Part shown: positions 1-7,661 of the stretch, piece after piece
Layout: every line of letters begins with the position of its first letter
Numbering within the stretch: the first letter of the stretch is position 1
Sequence record: SRR31156797_6845
Length of the DNA stretch: 20,000 nucleotides
Reading direction: 5' to 3' (one strand)
Translations under genes and position numbers: made by a program
Notes under the pieces: model-generated
Told to the model about the DNA's origin: nothing
Seen by the model: only the letters and a program-made list of their open reading frames with translations
The model's database searches: none

Positions 1-88
1 GAATAGACGCTTTGCAAAAGGCCGTCCTTTCCTAACTTTATACGTACACCCCTTAGCCGATAAAAAATCACGATTGAGAATAAATAAC

Positions 89-832
89 ATGAAAAATATG
101 CGAAAAATTATAGAAATTGATGAAGAATTGTGTGACGGCTGTGGACAATGTGTTCCTGACTGTGCAGAAGGTTCTTTGCAGATCATAGACGGAAAGGCCC
201 GCCTGGTTGCCGATAAACTCTGCGATGGCCTTGGCGCGTGCCTTGGCTCCTGCCCCACCGGTGCTCTTCGCATTATAGAAAGGGAAGCCGACGAGTTTGA
301 TGAAGAAGCTGTGGAAGAATACCTGGCCAGTATGAAAAAGGGGAATTCAAAACAACCTCAGCAAGCTCCAAGTGGGTGTCCATCTGCACAACTACAAAAC
401 CTGCAGCCTGCTTCTCCTTGTCAAAGCGCAAATACACCAAGTACTCAAACCGGATCAGCACTTTCCCACTGGCCAGTACAAATTCGTCTTATTCCAGCGA
501 CTGCTCCCTTTCTGCAAAACAGTGATCTGCTGGTTGCAGCAGACTGCACAGCGGTTTCCTATCCCAATATCCAGCAGGATTATATAGCAGGAAAAGTGGT
601 CATGATGGGCTGTCCGAAATTCGATGACCAGCAGCTCTATATACAGCGGTTCACCGAAATATTTGAGACTGCTCATCTGAAATCGCTGACAATTCTCATC
701 ATGGAAGTACCTTGCTGCGGTTCCATGACACAGATCATTAAAAAGGCTTATGATACTGTTAAACCTGATCTCCCTGTAAAACAGGTCGTGATTTCTACAC
801 GCGGAACAGTATTAGAAGAATGTGATTGGTAA
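89..832 (+). CDS. 4Fe-4S dicluster ferredoxin-domain protein with conserved Cys-containing C-terminal domain (family often found near hcp)
   Basis: N-terminal CDGCGQCVPDC and CDGLGACLGSCP motifs, a Q/P/S-rich linker with GCPS, then WPVQI, LLVAADC, GCPKFD and MEVPCC. ATG at 89 is preferred over TTG 74 (GAGA at 76-79); ATG 98 is also possible. Confidence 0.8.
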   Translation: MKNMRKIIEIDEELCDGCGQCVPDCAEGSLQIIDGKARLVADKLCDGLGACLGSCPTGALRIIEREADEFDEEAVEEYLASMKKGNSKQPQQAPSGCPSAQLQNLQPASPCQSANTPSTQTGSALSHWPVQIRLIPATAPFLQNSDLLVAADCTAVSYPNIQQDYIAGKVVMMGCPKFDDQQLYIQRFTEIFETAHLKSLTILIMEVPCCGSMTQIIKKAYDTVKPDLPVKQVVISTRGTVLEECDW

Positions 833-840
833 TTACTCGT

Positions 841-875
841 ATGCTCCAAATGTTTGAAATCTTTGGAGCATTTTT
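841..875 (+). terminator. Probable intrinsic terminator after the Fe-S gene
   Basis: ATGCTCCAAA (841-850) / TTTGGAGCAT (862-871) 10-bp inverted repeat followed by a T run, just after the stop codon. Confidence 0.65.
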
Positions 876-943
876 GACTAAATCCAAGGTATTCATCTAA
901 CTACACAAACTCTTTTGCACATCAATGACCGAAGTGACAGCAC

Positions 944-972
944 TTGCTTGATACCTGGTAATCCGTTATCAT
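944..972 (+). promoter_or_regulatory. Candidate sigma70 promoter for aroK
   Basis: TTGCTT (944-949) - 17 bp - TATCAT (967-972). Confidence 0.45.
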
Positions 973-1027
973 CAGTGGTGAAATCTAGTTTTACTATTCA
1001 TTTATTTTTTGGACAAAGTACACACCC

Positions 1028-1534
1028 ATGAAAACGAACCTAACCTTAATAGGGATGCCAGGAGCCGGCAAAAGTACCGTAGGCATAATCCTTGCCAAGA
1101 ACCTTTCCATGGGATTTATTGACACCGATGTTCTCATCCAAATCAATCAACAGAGGTCCCTGCAGGAAATCATCGATGCCAGCGACTACTTGAACCTTCG
1201 ACGCATTGAAGAAAATGAAATATGCAAACTTAATGTCAGCAACCACGTGATTGCCACCGGAGGCAGTGCCGCCTACAGTGAAAAAGCAATGCGCCACCTG
1301 CAGACCATATCTACCCTAGTTTTTCTCCATGTGGATTATGAAGAAATAACACGGCGTATTAAAAACTTCGAAACACGTGGCATTGCAAAGGCAGACAATC
1401 AGAGCTTTCGCGAACTTTTCGCCGAACGTCAAATTCTATACCGCAAATATGCTGACACTATCATCACCTGTTCCTCCCTGGACCAAGAAGAAGTCTCAGA
1501 ACAAATTGCTGCAACCTTTCGCAGCCAGCACTAA
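1028..1534 (+). CDS. aroK: Shikimate kinase
   Basis: P-loop GMPGAGKST, FIDTD, VIATGGS shikimate-kinase motifs, and R..LY near the C-terminus; 168 aa. Confidence 0.92.
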   Translation: MKTNLTLIGMPGAGKSTVGIILAKNLSMGFIDTDVLIQINQQRSLQEIIDASDYLNLRRIEENEICKLNVSNHVIATGGSAAYSEKAMRHLQTISTLVFLHVDYEEITRRIKNFETRGIAKADNQSFRELFAERQILYRKYADTIITCSSLDQEEVSEQIAATFRSQH

Positions 1535-1548
1535 AGGTTGCAGCTTTT
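1508..1548 (+). terminator. Terminator-like hairpin overlapping the end of aroK
   Basis: GCTGCAACCTTT (1508-1519) / AAAGGTTGCAGC (1533-1544) 12-bp inverted repeat followed by TTTT; spans the aroK stop codon. Confidence 0.5.
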
Positions 1549-1742
1549 ATAGGTATCACTGTTGTTAAGCACCAAATAACAAGCTACCGCATACCATAGC
1601 CTTTCAAATCTCCCTTAAATATATAAAGCGACTACAACTCAACCTTATTATAATATGCCGTTTATATTGACGTGCTGACTTGCTGAATATTCAGTTTTTT
1701 TATGCACGTTTTTCTTAATACTCCCTTGCAGAGACAATACAG

Positions 1743-3131
1743 ATGATCAGCGAGCAGGTGCACACAGCACTGCAAAATATAGTCGGTAAAGGCAATGTTC
1801 ACATCGAAACTGTGGATTTAATCACCCATAGTTACGACGCCACTCAAAAAGAGTATCGCCCCGATGCTGTTGTGTATGCAATGACAACCATAGAGGTCAG
1901 TGAAGTTGTCAAACTCGCTAACCAACACTCCATTCCCATAATCCCGCGGGGTGCTGGCAGCGGCTTTACAGGTGGCACACTTGCCATTCAGGGCGGTATA
2001 GTCTTAGTCTTGACCAAAATGGACCGCATCCTGACCATTGATGAAGAAAATCTCACCGCCACAGTTGAACCAGGGGTTGTGACCGCCCATCTGCAAAAGG
2101 AAGTAGAACAACTCGGCCTCTTTTACCCACCAGATCCTGCATCAAAGGAATTTTGTACCCTTGGCGGTAATGTGGCAGAATGCGCTGGTGGCCCGAGGTG
2201 CGTAAAATACGGAGTTACTAAAGACTATATCTTAGGTCTGGAAGTTGTTACCCCCACCGGCGATATTATTCATACTGGTGGGGCAACGATGAAGAATGTG
2301 GTTGGTTATGATCTCACCAGGCTCTTTGTCGGCTCAGAGGGGACACTGGGAATCATAACCAAAATTATCATACGGCTCTTACCCAAACCTGCTGCAAAAA
2401 AGACCATGCTTGTCCAATTTGCATCCATAGAAGGTGCAGCGCAGGCTGTTTCTGCAGTAATCCGCGGCAAGATCATCCCAACCACCCTGGAATTCCTTGA
2501 TGCAACGACCCTGGCCTGCATCCGTCATAACAGTGCACTCAATATACCTGAAAAGTGTAGAGCCCTGTTAATTATTGAAGTGGATGGAGATCCGGATATC
2601 CTTGAGCGACAAGCTGCAACCATCATCAAACTGGTCAATGGCCTTGATGTACTCCACACTGAAATTGCAGAAACAGAAGAGCAATCTGAGGCCATCTGGA
2701 GCGTTCGCCGTAGTGTCAGTCCTAACATGCGAAAAATAAACCCTGACAAATTCAATGAGGATATAGTCGTTCCACGTTCCAAAGTACCAGACATGATACG
2801 TGCCCTTGAAAAACTCTCAAACAAATATAATGTCCCGATTGTCAATTTCGGTCATGCAGGTGACGGAAATATTCATGTTAATGTGATGGTTGATCTCAAA
2901 CAGCCGGATATGGCAGAGACTGTGCAACAGGTACTGCAGGAGATTTTCCAGACAACCGTTGACATGAACGGTTCCATCAGCGGCGAACATGGAATCGGAA
3001 CCGCAAAAGCAGCCTATTTGCCCCTGGAAATAGACAGCGCTACCAGAAAATACATGCAGACCATAAAAAAATCGCTGGATCCACTTAATATTCTTAATCC
3101 AGGTAAGATTTTCCTTGAACCCGCATCATGA
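1743..3131 (+). CDS. glcD: FAD-linked oxidase/dehydrogenase, GlcD / D-lactate dehydrogenase family
   Basis: PRGAGSGFTGG FAD-binding motif, FYPPDPAS, TLGGNVAECAGG, GSEGTLGI, FGHAGDGNIH, SGEHGIG and DPLNILNPGK. Confidence 0.88.
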   Translation: MISEQVHTALQNIVGKGNVHIETVDLITHSYDATQKEYRPDAVVYAMTTIEVSEVVKLANQHSIPIIPRGAGSGFTGGTLAIQGGIVLVLTKMDRILTIDEENLTATVEPGVVTAHLQKEVEQLGLFYPPDPASKEFCTLGGNVAECAGGPRCVKYGVTKDYILGLEVVTPTGDIIHTGGATMKNVVGYDLTRLFVGSEGTLGIITKIIIRLLPKPAAKKTMLVQFASIEGAAQAVSAVIRGKIIPTTLEFLDATTLACIRHNSALNIPEKCRALLIIEVDGDPDILERQAATIIKLVNGLDVLHTEIAETEEQSEAIWSVRRSVSPNMRKINPDKFNEDIVVPRSKVPDMIRALEKLSNKYNVPIVNFGHAGDGNIHVNVMVDLKQPDMAETVQQVLQEIFQTTVDMNGSISGEHGIGTAKAAYLPLEIDSATRKYMQTIKKSLDPLNILNPGKIFLEPAS

Positions 3132-3159
3132 TAACACTCACGACCTCACTGATCACGGT

Positions 3160-4431
3160 ATGACTGATTATAATCAACTTACCCCTTATAAGGATGCCAT
3201 CAATCAATGTGTTCGCTGCGGTGCGTGTCAGGCACATTGTCCTGTTTACGATCAGGCACGTCATGAAGGGAGTGTTGCCAGGGGTAAACTCGCCCTGGCA
3301 AAAGCGCTGCTTGAAGGTGACGTAACCATTGATTCGCGCCTGGAAGAGGATGCCAGCCTTTGCCTTATGTGCGGTTCATGTGTAGTCAAGTGTCCTAACA
3401 AAGTCCCGACCGACAAAATCGTCGGTGCCATGCGGCGTGAAATAACCAACAGAAAAGGATTATCATTCACCGGTAAAACAGTAGCCGCACTGACCGGACA
3501 CCCCCCGTTGTTAAGGACATTGGTGAAAACGGTAGATGTTTTGTCCCCGGCACTTTTTAAAAAAGTTCCTCAAACAAGCGGGCTGCGGCTCAGGTTTCCG
3601 GTAAGCGGCCACAAGCAGCGTACTGTTCCTGCAGTCGCTCCAAGCAATCTTTTTGCAGAACTTCCAGAATTTATAAAAGGTCGCTCCGACAAACCCATTA
3701 TTGGTCTTTTTGCAGGATGTGCCATAACCTACATTTATCCCCAAATTGGGGTCGCAATGGCATCTCTGCTCAACCATTTAGGGTACTCAGTATTTATACC
3801 ACGTAAGCAGGGCTGCTGTGGAATTCCAGCCCGCTCAACCGGGGACACGAAACTGATAGAGCAATTGACCCATACCAATCAGGAAGCCTTTGCTGCCCAT
3901 GAAGTAGCCTATATTATAACCGGATGCGCCTCCTGTCACTCTGGTATTAGCGAAAGAGAACCCAACAGTAGTGAAGATGCAGCTGATTTTGCAGGTAAGG
4001 TCATGGATATTCATCAATTTCTTTACCAGGAAGGCCTTACCGATACTTTAGAAGCATTGCCAAAAACAAATGAACGTGTTCGCGTAACCTATCACGACCC
4101 ATGTCACCTCAAGACTAAAGGCATTGTTAAAGAGCCCCGTGCCCTTCTCAAGTCACTTCCCAATGTAACCTTTGTGGAGATGGAAAACAGTGATCTCTGC
4201 TGCGGCCTTGGCGGAAGCTTTTCAGCACACCATTACGAATACAGCAAGGCTATCGGCCAACGGAAAGTCGCCGGTATCAAGGAAAGCAAGGCAGAGTTTT
4301 TGACAACCTCCTGCCCAGGCTGCATGCTGCAGTTGCAGGATACCATTAATCACGCCATGCTCAATGTACAGACCGTCCATATCCTTGAACTCATTAACAG
4401 CGCAATGGCAGTGGACCAGAAAAATAAATAA
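3160..4431 (+). CDS. glcF: Fe-S subunit, GlcF family (two 4Fe-4S clusters plus two CCG domains)
   Basis: CVRCGACQAHCP and CLMCGSCVVKCP; CCG domains (GCCGIP...GCASC; YHDPCHL...LCCGLGG...SCPGC). ATG 3160 is the first in-frame ATG; the ORF track starts at TTG 3115. Confidence 0.87.
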   Translation: MTDYNQLTPYKDAINQCVRCGACQAHCPVYDQARHEGSVARGKLALAKALLEGDVTIDSRLEEDASLCLMCGSCVVKCPNKVPTDKIVGAMRREITNRKGLSFTGKTVAALTGHPPLLRTLVKTVDVLSPALFKKVPQTSGLRLRFPVSGHKQRTVPAVAPSNLFAELPEFIKGRSDKPIIGLFAGCAITYIYPQIGVAMASLLNHLGYSVFIPRKQGCCGIPARSTGDTKLIEQLTHTNQEAFAAHEVAYIITGCASCHSGISEREPNSSEDAADFAGKVMDIHQFLYQEGLTDTLEALPKTNERVRVTYHDPCHLKTKGIVKEPRALLKSLPNVTFVEMENSDLCCGLGGSFSAHHYEYSKAIGQRKVAGIKESKAEFLTTSCPGCMLQLQDTINHAMLNVQTVHILELINSAMAVDQKNK

Positions 4432-4683
4432 CATGAAGAAAAAACGAAAACGTAATCACATGGCCATAGGGCAACTTTACGGTAAAAGCCTGTCTCGTTG
4501 ACTTTGATGTTCTCCTACCTGCTGCCTATTGTGCTCAAACAAATAATTGCGATTTTTACCTGGATCAACTAAACAACATGCTCCGTTGTGGAAAATGATA
4601 TTTTTTATTATTTCCACAACTGATCGTGCAAGACCATGTATACCTCTTAAGTGTGCATGATATGCTTCCCTTGAAAATGGAAA

Positions 4684-6054
4684 ATGCATTCAATGACAAA
4701 ATCTACTAAAAACCCGATACTGGCTTTTTTCTCTTCGGTGCAATTAGCCCTGTTCTTGCTGTTTGTTCTAGCTGGAACCTCCATAATTGGCACAATTATT
4801 CCCCAGAATTCAGCGGCATCCTTTTACGCCAAGCAGTATGGCCCTCAAATGGCCAGGTTCCTTGAGCTAATGAAACTCACCGATATGTACAATTCCTGGT
4901 GGTTTCTCCTACTGTTACTGCTCTTTGCCATAAACCTTATTGTCTGCAGTTTGGACCGCATACCCCAAGTTATCAGAATTATAAAAAAAGATAACCTGGC
5001 AACACCCCCCGAGCGTTTACAGAAGATGTCACTGAGTTCTTCATTCACGTGGCCGGGAAAGATGGAGGCAAGTACTGAAAAAATCCGCAGTATACTGAGT
5101 AACGCTAAATGGAGCTCAAGCCAGAGGGATAACGAACAAGGCACTCTCTTTTTTGCAGAAAAGGGTCCATGGACACGATTTGGGGTCTACATTGTCCATA
5201 TTTCTATTCTTATTATTCTCATTGGTGCAGTTATTGGCTCCTCAATGATCGCCAAAAAAATCCTGCACAAGCCTTCATTCGCGTTTAAAGGATCTATCAT
5301 GATCCCAGAAACCAGGCAAACTGATGTCATTTACAGTTTCAAAGGCGGGCAACCCATTGATCTTGGATTTACCATACGCTGCAACTTTTTCGACATAGAA
5401 TATTATAGCAACGGGATGCCCAAGACCTACCTTTCCAAGGTAACTGTGCTGGAAAACGATCAGGAAGTTTTATCAACAGATATAGAGGTAAACACCCCAC
5501 TGACTTACAAAGGGATTACATTCTACCAATCAAGCTATCAGCCCTACCAGGATTTTGTCATTTCGCTGCAAAAAATAGGTACGGACAAACAGATAAAGAG
5601 AGTTGTCGCTCCTGCAAAACAACTAGAATGGCAGGAAGGTGGAATATTGTTTGGTATTATCAACCAGGAATCCCGGGGAAAGGTTGCCCAAAGGGTAAAG
5701 GTCTGGCTGACTGACAATCAAGGCGAGCCTTCAACCTTCTGGGTTAATATAGGCCAGGAAGCACGGGTGGAGCGCCCTTCCGGCTCCTATACATTTAGTG
5801 CCAAACAACTCTATGCCACTGGGCTGCAGGTCACCAAGGATCCTGGTGTATGGCTGGTATACGGTGGCTGCATCTTAATGCTGGTAGGTCTGTACATTGC
5901 GTTTTTCATGTCTCATCGAAAACTCTTTGTTTTTATACAGCAAAAAGGTGAAAACACAGAAATCATTTTTGCTGGTAATACCAATAAAAACAAAATAGGG
6001 TTTGAAAAAACCTTCAAAAGCTTGGCAACCCATTTTGCTGAGAAGAATGATTAG
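4684..6054 (+). CDS. resB: Cytochrome c biogenesis protein ResB/Ccs1 (System II)
   Basis: N-terminal TM helices, SIIGTIIPQN, DMYNSWWF, GVYIVHISIL heme-ligand His, VNTPLTYKGITFYQSSY, TGLQVTKDPG plus a C-terminal TM. Start at 4684 or 4693. Confidence 0.92.
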   Translation: MHSMTKSTKNPILAFFSSVQLALFLLFVLAGTSIIGTIIPQNSAASFYAKQYGPQMARFLELMKLTDMYNSWWFLLLLLLFAINLIVCSLDRIPQVIRIIKKDNLATPPERLQKMSLSSSFTWPGKMEASTEKIRSILSNAKWSSSQRDNEQGTLFFAEKGPWTRFGVYIVHISILIILIGAVIGSSMIAKKILHKPSFAFKGSIMIPETRQTDVIYSFKGGQPIDLGFTIRCNFFDIEYYSNGMPKTYLSKVTVLENDQEVLSTDIEVNTPLTYKGITFYQSSYQPYQDFVISLQKIGTDKQIKRVVAPAKQLEWQEGGILFGIINQESRGKVAQRVKVWLTDNQGEPSTFWVNIGQEARVERPSGSYTFSAKQLYATGLQVTKDPGVWLVYGGCILMLVGLYIAFFMSHRKLFVFIQQKGENTEIIFAGNTNKNKIGFEKTFKSLATHFAEKND

Positions 6055-6169
6055 CTTTTGGTCCACTCTTATTACTCGGCCTATTACAGACAATCCAGGT
6101 AAGCAGCAGAACTTTTCCTGACCATACAAGAGTGGTTTAAACGTAACTCTATCAGCCTACGGAATTTTC

Positions 6170-7021
6170 ATGAACAGTTCACAACTTTTCGGCATCACAA
6201 TGATAGCCTACCTGCTATCAACAGCTTTTTATCTCGCGCTTCTCCTTTTTAAAAGTAAGAAAGTCGGTTTCATAGGTATGCTCCTTGCCGCCAGCGGCTT
6301 AATAGTTCAAACCATTGGTATCGGCATGCGCTGGTACGAGTCCTACCAAATTGGTATTGGCCATGCGCCTCTGACCAACATGTACGAATCACTTATTTTC
6401 TTTTCATGGTGTACCGCCTTGTTCTACCTCTTCATGGAAATAAAATATAAAACCAGAATCATTGGCGCATTTGTTATGCCTTTTGCATTCGTTTCCATTG
6501 CCTACGCCTCATTTTCAGACAGGATCAATGACCAGATAAGCCCCCTTATCCCTGCTCTGCAATCAAACTGGCTTATTGCCCATGTTGTTACCTGCTTTAT
6601 TGGCTATGGTGCTTTTGCTGTTGCCGGTTCGCTAGGGTTTATGTACTTGTTGAAGGCAGGTGCTGATCAAAAAGGAAGTGCAGCTCCTTCCTTATTTTCC
6701 TCTTTACCCGAATTAAAAATTATTGATGACCTGACCCACAAAACCATTGTGTTTGGTTTTATGTGGTTGTCGGCTGGTATTATTACCGGTGCCATTTGGG
6801 CTAATGAAGCTTGGGGAACATACTGGAGCTGGGACCCTAAGGAAACCTGGTCCATCATCACCTGGTTTGTGTACGCCATTACTCTTCATGCCCGTTTCAC
6901 CAGAGGCTGGGGAGGAAAACGCATTGCCTGGCTTGCCATCATCGGCTTTATTGCTGTATTTTTCACCTATTTCGGTGTTAACTTTCTTCTTTCAGGGCTT
7001 CACAGCTACGGTTCAAGTTAA
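6170..7021 (+). CDS. ccsB: Cytochrome c biogenesis protein CcsB/ResC (System II, WWD domain; called CcsA in some nomenclatures)
   Basis: GHAPLTNMYES, PALQSNWLIAHV, WWD motif GAIWANEAWGTYWSWDPKETWS, and C-terminal GLHSYG. Confidence 0.95.
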   Translation: MNSSQLFGITMIAYLLSTAFYLALLLFKSKKVGFIGMLLAASGLIVQTIGIGMRWYESYQIGIGHAPLTNMYESLIFFSWCTALFYLFMEIKYKTRIIGAFVMPFAFVSIAYASFSDRINDQISPLIPALQSNWLIAHVVTCFIGYGAFAVAGSLGFMYLLKAGADQKGSAAPSLFSSLPELKIIDDLTHKTIVFGFMWLSAGIITGAIWANEAWGTYWSWDPKETWSIITWFVYAITLHARFTRGWGGKRIAWLAIIGFIAVFFTYFGVNFLLSGLHSYGSS

Positions 7022-7097
7022 TGCGCTGACAAACAGATTTCTGTCAGAATGTAACTATATTCGAGGAGGTTACACACCTTCTTTACCTGGACATCTG

Positions 7098-7126
7098 TTG
7101 ACAAGGTAGGGTTAACGAGCTATACA
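7098..7126 (+). promoter_or_regulatory. Candidate sigma70 promoter for cytochrome c3
   Basis: TTGACA (7098-7103) - 17 bp - TATACA (7121-7126); strong AAGGAGG RBS before ATG 7185. Confidence 0.5.
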
Positions 7127-7184
7127 ACTAACGTTCATTAGTTGCTTTATGTTCATATACCAATAATATCAAAGGAGGATTGAT

Positions 7185-7583
7185 ATGAAAAAAATTTTAG
7201 CATGCTGTGCAGCTTTAGCACTCATGGGTATGGTAAGTTTTGGAGTCGCAACTGCCAGCGACAAGGGACCTGCCGACATGACACTGGAATCAACGATTGA
7301 CAAAGCCAAAAAGGCTAAGCCATCCATCTTTCCCCATGCTGACCATCAGGGTCGACTGGAATGCGGAGTATGCCATCACGCAAAAGATGATGCCGGTAAA
7401 CAGGTCGCCTATGTGGACGGGCAAAAAATTGAAAAATGTGAATCCTGCCATAATAAAGGCGAAACCATGCCTAAAAAACTGGCTACCTTCAAAGGCGCTG
7501 CCCACGCCCAATGCAAGGCCTGCCACGCTAAGACCTCAAAAGATCTTGCAAAATGTGGAGTGTGTCATCCCAAAAAAGGATGA
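7185..7583 (+). CDS. Periplasmic tetraheme cytochrome c3
   Basis: Sec signal peptide (MKKILACC...VATA); four CXXCH motifs (CGVCH, CESCH, CKACH, CGVCH); four distal His (FPHADH, the second His of CHH, AAH); Lys-rich. Confidence 0.93.
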   Translation: MKKILACCAALALMGMVSFGVATASDKGPADMTLESTIDKAKKAKPSIFPHADHQGRLECGVCHHAKDDAGKQVAYVDGQKIEKCESCHNKGETMPKKLATFKGAAHAQCKACHAKTSKDLAKCGVCHPKKG

Positions 7584-7598
7584 TCACCTTTTCTCATA

Positions 7599-7645
7599 AC
7601 GCATAAAAAAAGGCTGCTCAACTTGAGCAGCCTTTTTTTATGCGT
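7599..7645. terminator. Bidirectional intrinsic terminator between cytochrome c3 and glyS
   Basis: Perfect 23-bp inverted repeat ACGCATAAAAAAAGGCTGCTCAA-C-TTGAGCAGCCTTTTTTTATGCGT with A7/T7 tracts, between convergent genes. Confidence 0.93.
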
Positions 7646-7661
7646 GAAAAATAATAAATTA

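Noticed and set aside
1..35. Possible 3' end of an upstream gene (...IDALQKAVLS*)
   Set aside because: Only 10 codons visible; cannot be identified.
4433..4501. 22-aa basic ORF MKKKRKRNHMAIGQLYGKSLSR directly after glcF
   Set aside because: No clear RBS or recognisable family, and the composition is explained by an A-rich tract; cannot be supported without conservation or ribosome profiling.
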